From NCBI GenBank assembly GCA_963700755.1, contig CAVOYW010000005.1, positions 732,026 through 796,025 of the forward strand: 64,000 bases of DNA. Direction: 5' to 3'. The stretch is from an uncultured Acidimicrobiales bacterium (lineage in GTDB: Bacteria; Actinomycetota; Acidimicrobiia; Acidimicrobiales; SZUA-35). The position numbers and the translations under genes were made by a program. Each line of letters opens with the position of its first letter. The stretch's first letter is position 1. Under the pieces are notes generated by a model. The model was not told where the DNA came from and did not search any database. It worked only from the letters and a program-made list of their open reading frames with translations. This document shows positions 32,215-40,822 of this stretch, piece after piece.

Positions 32215-33267
32215 ATGTATGCACACATCCAGGAGACGCTCGGCGAACAGGCCGAGTATCTGCTCGGCCACAAGAGCCAGACGATTCCGAAGGAACAGTT
32301 GCACCTACCCGGACCCGATTTCATCGACCGGGTGACGTCACGGACCGATCGTGGTCCGGCGGTGCTCCGCAATCTTCAATCGATGTATGACCACGGTCGC
32401 CTCGCCGGCACCGGCTACATCTCGATTCTCCCGGTCGACCAGGGCATCGAGCACTCCGCCGGAGCGAGCTTCGCGCCCAACCCGATCTACTTCGATCCGG
32501 CGAACATCTGCGAGCTCGCCATCGAAGGCGGGTGCAACGCCGTGGCATCGACGCTCGGTGTGCTGGGCGCCGTCGCACGCTCGTACGCCCACAAGATCCC
32601 GTTCATCCTCAAGTTCAACCACAACGAACTCCTCACCACGCCCAACACGTTCGATCAGACCCCGTTCGGATCGATCAACCAGGCATTCGAGATGGGCTGC
32701 GTCGGTGTCGGCGCCACCATCTACTGGGGCTCGGAAGAGTCGAACCGCCAACTCCAGGAAGTCTCCGCGGCGTTCGAGCAGGCACACGCGCTCGGCATGT
32801 TCACCGTGCTCTGGTGCTACCTTCGCAGCCCTGCGTTCAAGGTCGACGGGGTCGACTATCACGCCTCGGCCGACCTGACCGGCCAGGCCAACCATCTCGG
32901 CGTCACGCTCGAGGCCGACATCATCAAGCAGAAGCTGCCCGAGAACAACGGCGGGTACACGGCGATCAAGGCCGGCAAGACCCATCCGAGTGTCTACAGC
33001 GAACTCACGACCGACCACCCGATCGACCTCACCCGCTACCAGGTGGCCAACTGCTACATGGGCAGGATGGGTCTGATCAACTCCGGTGGCGCATCGGGCA
33101 CCAACGATCTGCAGGACGCAACCGCCACGGCGGTCATCAACAAGCGTGCCGGTGGTACCGGCCTCATCACCGGGCGCAAGGCTTTCCAGAAGCCGCTGGA
33201 CGAGGGGATCGCGATCCTCAACGCCGTCCAGGACGTCTATCTCTGCGACGACGTCGACATCGCCTGA
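32215..33267 (+). CDS. fbaB: class I fructose-bisphosphate aldolase (FbaB/DhnA type)
   Basis: 350 aa. [30 protein letters not shown] and ADIIKQKLP (Schiff-base Lys region) closely resemble E. coli FbaB. Confidence 0.85.
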   Translation: MYAHIQETLGEQAEYLLGHKSQTIPKEQLHLPGPDFIDRVTSRTDRGPAVLRNLQSMYDHGRLAGTGYISILPVDQGIEHSAGASFAPNPIYFDPANICELAIEGGCNAVASTLGVLGAVARSYAHKIPFILKFNHNELLTTPNTFDQTPFGSINQAFEMGCVGVGATIYWGSEESNRQLQEVSAAFEQAHALGMFTVLWCYLRSPAFKVDGVDYHASADLTGQANHLGVTLEADIIKQKLPENNGGYTAIKAGKTHPSVYSELTTDHPIDLTRYQVANCYMGRMGLINSGGASGTNDLQDATATAVINKRAGGTGLITGRKAFQKPLDEGIAILNAVQDVYLCDDVDIA

Positions 33268-33279
33268 GAGGGTCGAATC

Positions 33280-34428
33280 ATGCGTATCGGAATCCTGACG
33301 GGGGGCGGCGACGTCCCGGGCCTCAATGCGGCCCTCAAAGCGGTGGTGATCCGGGCCGCCGAACACGGGCACGAGGTCGTCGGACTCCGACGCGGCTGGG
33401 CCGGACTGCTGTATGCCGACCCCGATCGGCCCGAGTCGCTCGGTGAGTTCACCCAGCCGATGGACCCGTCCTGGGTTCGGACCATCGACCGGACCGGCGG
33501 CACGATCCTTCACAGCTCGAGAACCAACCCGGGCAAGGTCAAGGCCGACGACGTCCCCGACTTTCTCGAGCCCCCCGCCGGGGCCGAGGCCCCGTATGAC
33601 TTCACCCCTCATGCCCTGAAGGTGATCGAGGCCCTGGGCATCGACGTGCTCATCCCGATCGGGGGCGACGACACGTTGTCGTACGGCCTTCGATTGCACC
33701 AGGAGGGGGTGCCGGTCATCGCGATCCCCAAGACGATGGACAACGACGTCCACGGAACCGATTACTGCATCGGATTCTCGACCGCGGTGACCCGTGGGGT
33801 GCAGTTCATCACCAATCTGCGGACCAGCACCGGCTCACACGAACGGATCGCCGTCGTCGAACTGTTCGGGCGCTACAGCGGCGAGACGTCGCTCATCACC
33901 GCCTATCTCGCGGGGGTCGATCGGGCGGTCATCTCCGAAGTGCCGGTCGACATCGACCGACTCGCCGGCTTTCTGACCGCCGACCGCAAATCGAATCCCA
34001 GCAACTATGCGATGGTCACGATCTCGGAGGGTGCCGTGATCGAGGGCGGCGAGATGTCGTTGCGGGGCGAAGCCGACGCCTATGGGCATCGCAAGCTCGG
34101 AGGGATCGGTGAGCAGCTCGGATCGATGCTCAAGACCATCACCGGTATCGACATCATCAACCAGACGGTCGGCTACCTGATGCGCTCCGGGAGCCCCGAC
34201 TCGCTCGATCTCATGGTCGCCAACAACTACGCCGTGATGGCCACGGACCTCGCCGTCGAGGGCCAGTCGGGCAGGATGGTCGCCCTGCGGGGAGGAACGT
34301 ACACCAACGTGCCGATCAATCTGATCGGTGAAGGCGTGAAGCGCGTCGACGTGGGAGAGATGTACGACGCCAATCTCTACCGGCCCGTGATCCGCCACGT
34401 GGGCGGCAAGCCCATGTTCCTGTACTGA
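33280..34428 (+). CDS. pfkA: 6-phosphofructokinase, PfkA family with PPi-type signature residues
   Basis: [23 protein letters not shown] (Asp at the E. coli Gly104 position), IPKTMDND (Lys at the Gly124 position). Confidence 0.9.
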   Translation: MRIGILTGGGDVPGLNAALKAVVIRAAEHGHEVVGLRRGWAGLLYADPDRPESLGEFTQPMDPSWVRTIDRTGGTILHSSRTNPGKVKADDVPDFLEPPAGAEAPYDFTPHALKVIEALGIDVLIPIGGDDTLSYGLRLHQEGVPVIAIPKTMDNDVHGTDYCIGFSTAVTRGVQFITNLRTSTGSHERIAVVELFGRYSGETSLITAYLAGVDRAVISEVPVDIDRLAGFLTADRKSNPSNYAMVTISEGAVIEGGEMSLRGEADAYGHRKLGGIGEQLGSMLKTITGIDIINQTVGYLMRSGSPDSLDLMVANNYAVMATDLAVEGQSGRMVALRGGTYTNVPINLIGEGVKRVDVGEMYDANLYRPVIRHVGGKPMFLY

Positions 34429-34914
34429 CCCGGTCGCACGAGTTCGACGTGAACCGAGCCGAGTCCGAAACGTGGACTCCGGTCGGCCGTGGGTCTTGTC
34501 GTGTTCACCGCACGCCGGTCCGCCCAACGTGCCGCGTCTCCTCGGGATGCGTGTGAACGACGTCGGCGGACTGCTGCACACCAGTCGCACGACAACGGGT
34601 CATGTCGCTCCCGCGGATCGATGCTCCCAATACAGGCCTGGGTCCGGGACCGCCGACTGGCCGGTCACCAGTCGGTGGCCGGGCAGTGATGGTTGCGTCG
34701 GTCGGGGTGGCCGCCGTCAGCGGACCGGCATATGCCCGGAGCCGGGGAGGAATTCTCCGTCGACCACGGTTGCAGGGGAGTCGGCGTTCCCGTAGCGGCC
34801 CGTGAGGGTCGAGACGGCGAAGACGGTGACGGCGAGGCCGGGCTGAAGTCAGGCGCCGCTGCGCCCTTGCCGGCCGGACTCGACCGGGAATTGTGTTCGT
34901 CACCGGTTGCGTGG

Positions 34915-35030
34915 TCACAGATCCTGGCGAGGCCATCCTGGCTGGTGGTGGCCAGGAGCGCACCGTCGTCGTTGAAGGCGACGCCGTTGACGGGTTCGTC
35001 GTGGGCATCGATCGTCTGGCGGATCCGTCT
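34915..35030 (-). pseudogene. isolated WD40/beta-propeller-like repeat relic
   Basis: Minus-frame translation IRQTIDAHDEPVNGVAFNDDGALLATTSQDGLARICDHATGDE fits one WD40-type blade. The upstream side is cut by the + strand gene at 35042, and the downstream side decays into non-protein-like sequence. Confidence 0.3.
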
Positions 35031-35041
35031 AGGGTCCGCAC

Positions 35042-35938
35042 ATGGCCTCGCAACCGTTCGTCGAGCTCGACCTGGAGTCGATCGAGAACCGAATCGCCGC
35101 GGCCATCAGCGCCCGTTCGACCGACGGCCTGCGATTGCTCGGCCACGGCGAGGTGAGCATCGTCCTGGCGTGGCCGGGACACGCCCCGACCGTCGCCGTC
35201 AAACGGGTGCCGCCGTTCCGATCGGTGGCATCGGCCGAACGGTACATCGAGGTCTGCAACGAGTTCTTCGCGCTGCTCGCCGACGCCGGCGTCGGCGCAT
35301 GGCCCACCGAGCTCCGTGTGCTCGAGCGCGACGACGGGCGGAGCGTCGTCTACCACTGCCAGCCCATCGCCGACGCCGCCCAGCTCGGTACCAACGTGCT
35401 GCGTTCGACCGAACCCCGGGACGGCCATGAACTGCTGATCGCGATCGCCGACGCGGCCCAGGCCGTGTGTTCCCCCACCGTTGGCCTGGACTGCCAGCTG
35501 TCGAACTGGCTCTGGGACGGATCGACGGCGATCCAGCTCGACTTCACCTCGCCGTTCATGATGAGCCGATCGGGTACCGATCTCACCTACGACTCCGACG
35601 CCTTCCTCCAGGAGTACCCGGTCGTCCTCCGGCGGTACCTCAAGCGCGAACTCCTGGGTCTGATCGAACGGTTCACCACGACCGAGGGAGCGCTCGGCGA
35701 CGTGGTCGCGAACCTCCTGAAGGAGGGTCTCGACGACTGGGTCGATCCGGCCATTCGTACCTTCAACGACCATCTCGGTCTCGACCTGCGACGCGATGAG
35801 GCCGAGCGGATCCTGGCCGCCGACGCCCGGTTGTTGCCACTCATCCTTCGAGTCAAGAAGTCGCATCGATGGTGGCTCACCCGCACCGGACGACACTATG
35901 AGCAGTTGTTGCCGGAGCGCACCACCTACGGGCGGTGA
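35042..35938 (+). CDS. hypothetical protein (kinase-like N-terminal signature)
   Basis: 298 aa. LLGHGEVSIVLAWPGHAPTVAVKRVPPF resembles a Gly-loop + VAVK Lys. Good protein-like composition. No family name I can assert. Confidence 0.6.
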   Translation: MASQPFVELDLESIENRIAAAISARSTDGLRLLGHGEVSIVLAWPGHAPTVAVKRVPPFRSVASAERYIEVCNEFFALLADAGVGAWPTELRVLERDDGRSVVYHCQPIADAAQLGTNVLRSTEPRDGHELLIAIADAAQAVCSPTVGLDCQLSNWLWDGSTAIQLDFTSPFMMSRSGTDLTYDSDAFLQEYPVVLRRYLKRELLGLIERFTTTEGALGDVVANLLKEGLDDWVDPAIRTFNDHLGLDLRRDEAERILAADARLLPLILRVKKSHRWWLTRTGRHYEQLLPERTTYGR

Positions 35939-36007
35939 CCGGGGCATCCCACGAATGCTCCGGTACCGGCTTCGATCAGTTCGTCGATCTCGTCCGGGCC
36001 CGCCAAC

Positions 36008-36160
36008 TCACAGCCTCGTGGCAACCGGGACACCGATCGCGTTGATGCCGACGATCACGAAGAGGATCGAGAGGTCGAACCCGCCGATCGAGGGGACGAA
36101 TCGTCGGATCGGGGCGAGGATCGGTTCGGTACCCCGATGTACGGCATTCCACACCGGGGG
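36008..36160 (-). pseudogene. YggT family membrane protein, C-terminal half only
   Basis: Minus frame ...PVWNAVHRGTEPILAPIRRFVPSIGGFDLSILFVIVGINAIGVPVATRL* matches the TEP.L.P.RR..P...G.D.S motif of YggT. The frame is closed by a stop just upstream (about 36173), and there is no start. Confidence 0.5.
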
Positions 36161-36640
36161 CCTTTGAGCAGTTCAGCGCGGGTCTCTTCGCCCGAGGGGC
36201 CAACGATCTCGTCGAGGTGCGCCTCGGCTTCTGCTCGCCTCTGGCCGGGTCGCAACCCGTGCGGTCCGAGCCATGCAGCCATCTCGCCGACGCTCTGATT
36301 CGCCCGGTCACGACCTGGCGCCCGACCGGCTGACGTTCCGCGTCGTAGGTGTCGAGGAGGCCATCTCCGGCACGTCCGGTGACAACCAGCGCCAGCTTCC
36401 AGGCGATGTTCCAGGCGTCCTGCATCGACGTGTTGGACCCGAGCCCGTTCGCGGGCGGGTGGCGGTGCGGCGTCCCCAGCGATGAAGAGCCGTCGACGCC
36501 GATAGTGCGCTACAACGACATGGTTGAACTCCCACGGGCTGATGTGCCTGATCTTCACGTCGACGTCGGGGTCGCCGATCGCGGTGGACGCAGCGTGTGA
36601 CAGTCGCACTCCAAGAGATCGTGAGAAATATGGCAACGGA
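36161..36640 (-). pseudogene. FAD-dependent aromatic monooxygenase (PheA/TfdB-like), internal fragment with frameshifts
   Basis: ...WEFNHVVVAHYRRRRLFIAGDAA | HRHPPANGLGSNTSMQDAWNIAWKLALVVTGRAGDGLLDTYDAERQPVGRQVV | ANQSVGEMAAWLGP... The GDAAH....G.G.N....DA.NL.WKL motif is split over two frames. The N-terminal FAD domain and C-terminal domain are absent. Confidence 0.6.
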
Positions 36641-36734
36641 TATTGGTTGCCCGAGCATGCCCTGTCCGTCGCCGAGCGACATGATCGAAATCCCTAGCTG
36701 GTCAGAGGACAGGCGCTCACTGCGCCGACATCAC

Positions 36735-38069
36735 TCAGGGCGGATTAGATGCACGAATCTGCTCTGGATTTAGCCCGATCAGGTACGCGTTCTCGGAGTC
36801 GTACATGCTGAACGACGAGATGTAGAAGTTCCCGTCGCTGTCCCACGAGTCGTAGCCGGTGATGAAGGCCTCACTCCCGGCCGGCGTGTCGAGGTCGGGC
36901 AGAGCAGCCAGTATCGATGAACGTCCGGTGTCGATGTCGAACTCCCAGATCTCGTTGGGTCGACCGGAGTTGTCGCTGCGGCCGAGATAGATCGTGTCTT
37001 CGCCGGGATCCAGCTCGAATACCCAGACCTTGTTGAAGCCCGAGGAGGTTTCCCCGGCGGGGAAGTCCGGCCGGCCCAGGTACTCCCAGGTCGCGGTGGC
37101 GTCGGTGAACCGGTAGATGTGCCCCATGTCGTCGCTGACGTACAACGTGTCGTGAGCGGAGTTCCACTGACCAACCTCGATCGCGGCCAGGGTCTGCAGC
37201 GCGAATCCCGTGTCCTCGAATCCGGTGTCCGGGGTGTATCGCCAGACGGAATCGAGCACCGAACGGTCCTCGCCCTGGTTCCACTGTGACCGTTCGGTCC
37301 CGCCGGTCATGTACACGTTGCCGCGGGAGTCCGTCCACATGAAGCGATTGCTGTAGAAGTAGCCCTGCCACTCGTCGGGGGTACCGACCACGGTCGTTCG
37401 CCCCTGCGCGACGTCGTAGTAGAGCAACTGGTTCTCCGGAATCGTCATGCCGTAGATGCGATTGTTGACCGTGTCGGCGGAGATCGTGACGACTTGAAGG
37501 TGCTCAGCGCCGACTCCGCCGGGTTCGTCTGCGCTGAGGTCGACGAACTCGCCCGATGTCAGGTCGTACGCGTACCAATGGAAGCCGCGTGTCGTCAGGA
37601 AGGCATCGTCGATCGACGACTTGTCGAGGGTCGCCACGTACATCCGGCCGTCGTGGTCCGTCGGCCGAGTATGGAACTTCTCCGCGGTTTCGCCGGGTTC
37701 CCAGTTGTCCGCCGCTGTCGACGCCGTGATCGCGTCCCCCACCCACGTGAGATCGCCCGTCTCCGGGTCGAGTCGGTAGAGCATCGAGTTCAGCCGGTGA
37801 TCGCTGCCGGAGATGTAGATGCCTCCGTCGGGGCCGGATCCGACCGCCAACCACGACTGATCGGGCTGGTATCCGCCCGGAGCATCAGGGAGCTGCCACA
37901 CCCGCACGCCCGGCACGTCTCCCTCGCGGAAGTCCACGCTCGCCACATCGGTGGTGGCAGTTTCGATCAAACTGCTGTCAGGACTGGACTCGGAATCGCC
38001 TGAGCCTCCGCACGACAGGGCGACCATCGCCAGAAGGGCCACCGAGAAGGGAACGAACCGCGTTCGCAT
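36735..38069 (-). CDS. predicted lipoprotein, beta-propeller-like, no recognisable family
   Basis: MRTRFVPFSVALLAMVALSCGGSGD (lipobox-like ALS|C). 444 aa rich in W/Y/D/G with recurring ...G.IY..., ...YRF/YRL..., ...WE... blades. Visibly lower GC and different codon usage than neighbours. Confidence 0.7.
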   Translation of the reverse strand: MRTRFVPFSVALLAMVALSCGGSGDSESSPDSSLIETATTDVASVDFREGDVPGVRVWQLPDAPGGYQPDQSWLAVGSGPDGGIYISGSDHRLNSMLYRLDPETGDLTWVGDAITASTAADNWEPGETAEKFHTRPTDHDGRMYVATLDKSSIDDAFLTTRGFHWYAYDLTSGEFVDLSADEPGGVGAEHLQVVTISADTVNNRIYGMTIPENQLLYYDVAQGRTTVVGTPDEWQGYFYSNRFMWTDSRGNVYMTGGTERSQWNQGEDRSVLDSVWRYTPDTGFEDTGFALQTLAAIEVGQWNSAHDTLYVSDDMGHIYRFTDATATWEYLGRPDFPAGETSSGFNKVWVFELDPGEDTIYLGRSDNSGRPNEIWEFDIDTGRSSILAALPDLDTPAGSEAFITGYDSWDSDGNFYISSFSMYDSENAYLIGLNPEQIRASNPP

Positions 38070-38574
38070 GGCAAACCTCCATCCCCACTATCGAGCGCAG
38101 CGTCAGCTGCGGTCCGACAGAGGATTTCGTCAGCGGTTGCTGCGAGCGCCGGGGGGCCTGGCGCCCAGCTGCGATCGAAGGCCATCGACGGTTCACCAGT
38201 GGACTGCGTGGCCCCCGAATGAAGCTCGTCGGGATGTCAAGGGTGGACTCGGTCCCGGCGTCGGCTCTGGGTCACACACTTCGCTCATTCCTAGCCACTG
38301 AACGCGCGCAGCATCACCGGCGAAGTCGGTCGCCTCGTGGCCCGATCGACCCACCGCATAATCGTCCTTGGATTGACGTGAACGTTCCGACATCAGAGCG
38401 TCGGGATGCGGGTCGGCGACAACGAACCTGACGCGCGGGCTTCGATCTTGGTCGTGCGGCTCAGCCGGCGTTTTGCTCGCAGGATCACGGAGAGTGGTCG
38501 CAGCGCCAGCATTGCCGAATGATGAACGCCGTGCGCAGCGTCCTCCTCGCGTCCTACGACCCCCGTACGACGAA

Positions 38575-38606
38575 GGCGCATATCCCCTGAGCAGGGAATA
38601 TGCGCC
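38575..38606 (-). terminator. stem-loop directly downstream of ssrA
   Basis: On the minus strand GGCGCATATTCCCTG-CT-CAGGGGATATGCGCC (15-bp stem, one mismatch), 10 nt after the tmRNA 3' end. Confidence 0.6.
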
Positions 38607-38616
38607 AGAATCTTCG

Positions 38617-39000
38617 TGGAGCTGGGGGGAATCGAACCCCCGTCCGCCGAGGAGTCACCGACCGCGCTACGACCGTTCCCGAGATTCCGGCCGTGAAGGC
38701 AACCGGACTGCCGGGTCAGTTGGGCCGAAACCCCACCTCTCGCACTTTCTCGAGCGTCAGCGGTCTTTGCCTGCAGTCAGTGGTCTCTCCCACCGTCCAC
38801 CACTACTTCTGTTGCCGGGCTGTAGCGATCAGGCCCCGCGTGACCTCACGGTTCGCGATGTTCCTCTGTACTACCTGAAATCAGGCGGCAAGAGCGAAGT
38901 CAGCCTTGTTGGCGCTTCTGTTGATGCCCCGTTTTACGAGTCTGAGCAACTCGGGTCGCACGAACGACTTCTCGTCTCGACGTCGAAACCGGTCAGCCCC
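38617..39000 (-). ncRNA. ssrA: transfer-messenger RNA (tmRNA)
   Basis: Minus strand 5'-GGGGCTGACCGGTTTCGACG...GGACGGGGGTTCGATTCCCCCCAGCTCCA-3'. The acceptor stem has a G3:U70 pair and the T-arm is GGGGG-TTCGATT-CCCCC. Tag reading frame GCC AAC AAG GCT GAC TTC GCT CTT GCC GCC TGA (38913..38881) encodes ANKADFALAA*. Confidence 0.93.
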
Positions 39001-39153
39001 GAGGTCGAGTCACCGACGCACGACACCACCGGTGAGGGCAGCTCGGTCGTCGGTTCCTCTGTCAAGTAACACCCTCGGCGGCAGGCAAGCCCACCCCGAA
39101 GGACCTCCCATCATAGCGCCGAATACCCGTGGCCCCGGTGTCGACACTGTGGC

Positions 39154-40641
39154 GTGCGACATCCGGCACGACGCAGACGACCTCGGACCGACGGGGTTCG
39201 ATCGCGTCCGACCCTCCCTCTGGTGTTGTCGGTGGCGTGGGCGTTGTTGGTGGTGGCGACCGGGGTTGGCTACCTGCTCCCACTGTCGCAGCCGGACACC
39301 GATGCGGTGTCGAACCTCACCTTCGTCCTGGCTGGGCTCCTGATCCTGGTCGGGTTGGGCCGGGCCATCCGTCGTGTCCGTGGTCTCGATCGCCTGGGCT
39401 GGCTGATCCTGGCGTTGTCACTGGCCGGGCTGCTGCTGCTGTTCGCCCTCGATCCTGCGAGCTCGAACGGGCGTCCGACCTTGGCGCTGGTCATCACGCC
39501 ATTTCTGGGACTGTCGCTGGTGTTCGTGGTGTTCCTGTTCGGACGGCACGGCCTGAACTCGATGGACCTGCTCCGATTGTTCTTCGATGGGGCGTGGCTC
39601 ACCGCCGGGATCGTCGCCTCGGTGTGGCACTGGTTCTACGCACCGCTGTTCCGTCTTGCCGCGGAGTCGGGCCCGGTGGTCATCGTCTCGGTGTTCCCGA
39701 TCATCGTTGCCATGTCGGCCACCGCCACGTTGCTGATCCTTCCCCGTGTTCGGGGCTCGGCCCGGTTGCCGTTCGCCGCCTTCGGCTTGGGCGCCGGTGT
39801 GACCGCCGTTGCCGGGGCCATTCATCTGCGGCTGGCCTACGAGGGCACGCTCCAGTTCGGTACCTGGTACGACTTCCTCTGGATGGTCGGTCTCCCGCTC
39901 CTGGGCCTGGCAACACTCGAGCCGGCCATCGGCGCCAACCTCCGTCCGACCCGCCCGTCGGCGCGGTCGCAGCAGATGGTCACCGTGGCCCCGGTGGTCG
40001 GGTTCGGTATCTCCTATCTCGACGAGGAAGCCTGGACCGATACGCCGCCGCTGTTCGGGGTCGTGATGCTCGTACTGTTGGCGGCACGGGTCGTGGTGCT
40101 GATCGCCAACAACGAGCGGCTCAGCGATCAACTGGCCGACCGCGCCAACCGCGACGAACTCACCGGTCTGGCCAACCGGCGGGCCCTGCTGTCGTTGCTC
40201 GATTCCCTCGACCACGACACCTCGGTCGACCGAGTCGACGTGGCGCTCCTCTTCGTCGATCTCGACGGGTTCAAGGGTGTGAACGACCGTCACGGGCATG
40301 CCGTCGGCGACCACGTGCTCGAGATCGTTGCCGATCGGCTGACCGGGGTGTGCCGGCGACGAGATGTGGTCGCCAGACTCGGCGGCGACGAGTTCGTCGT
40401 CCTGACGACGTCGGCCGGCGCTGCGGTGCTGGCGGACCGGATCCACCACACGGTCTCGCAGTCGGTCAACTGGCACGGCGAGATCCTCGAGGTCGGCTGC
40501 TCCATCGGGGTCGCCGCCGGCTTCGACGTGCCCCCGTCCGATCTCCTCCCGCTCGCCGATGCCGCGTTGTATCAGTCGAAGCGGGCCGGCCGGAACACGA
40601 TCACCTCGGCCGAACCGGCTGCACTGGCAGAGTCCGATTGA
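39154..40641 (+). CDS. diguanylate cyclase (GGDEF) with N-terminal polytopic membrane domain
   Basis: 495 aa with about 8-9 predicted TM helices. Then RDELTGLANRRAL, FVDLDGFKGVNDRHGH.VGD and ARLGGDEFVVL. Confidence 0.88.
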   Translation: MRHPARRRRPRTDGVRSRPTLPLVLSVAWALLVVATGVGYLLPLSQPDTDAVSNLTFVLAGLLILVGLGRAIRRVRGLDRLGWLILALSLAGLLLLFALDPASSNGRPTLALVITPFLGLSLVFVVFLFGRHGLNSMDLLRLFFDGAWLTAGIVASVWHWFYAPLFRLAAESGPVVIVSVFPIIVAMSATATLLILPRVRGSARLPFAAFGLGAGVTAVAGAIHLRLAYEGTLQFGTWYDFLWMVGLPLLGLATLEPAIGANLRPTRPSARSQQMVTVAPVVGFGISYLDEEAWTDTPPLFGVVMLVLLAARVVVLIANNERLSDQLADRANRDELTGLANRRALLSLLDSLDHDTSVDRVDVALLFVDLDGFKGVNDRHGHAVGDHVLEIVADRLTGVCRRRDVVARLGGDEFVVLTTSAGAAVLADRIHHTVSQSVNWHGEILEVGCSIGVAAGFDVPPSDLLPLADAALYQSKRAGRNTITSAEPAALAESD

Positions 40642-40822
40642 TGTCGTCGGGAGCCGGGTCGGGACCTTTCTCGAGCGGTCCTCGATGACGCGGCAGCGGT
40701 CGAACACTCGACCCTGATCGGGCCGTCGATTCCCGCCGCGATACCGCCGTCGGTTGCCATGGTTTGAATCGCCATCGGGGCCTCGGGCTCAAGAACCGGT
40801 CACCGTAGGTCGATACCCCGAC

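Noticed and set aside
38230-38400. Possible tyrosine-recombinase C-terminal remnant next to ssrA
   Set aside because: Only a vague ...TFTSIQGR... / ...VGRSGHEATDFAG... resemblance, which requires frame hopping. The catalytic RHRY residues cannot be identified, so the evidence is too weak to annotate.
39060-39065. TTGACA hexamer about 60 nt upstream of the tmRNA 5' end as the ssrA promoter
   Set aside because: No acceptable -10 (TAnnnT) at 16-19 nt spacing, so this cannot be supported from sequence alone.
38473-39069. 198-aa + strand ORF
   Set aside because: It overlaps the complement of the tmRNA gene. The RNA call explains the sequence conservation (acceptor, T-arm, tag ORF).
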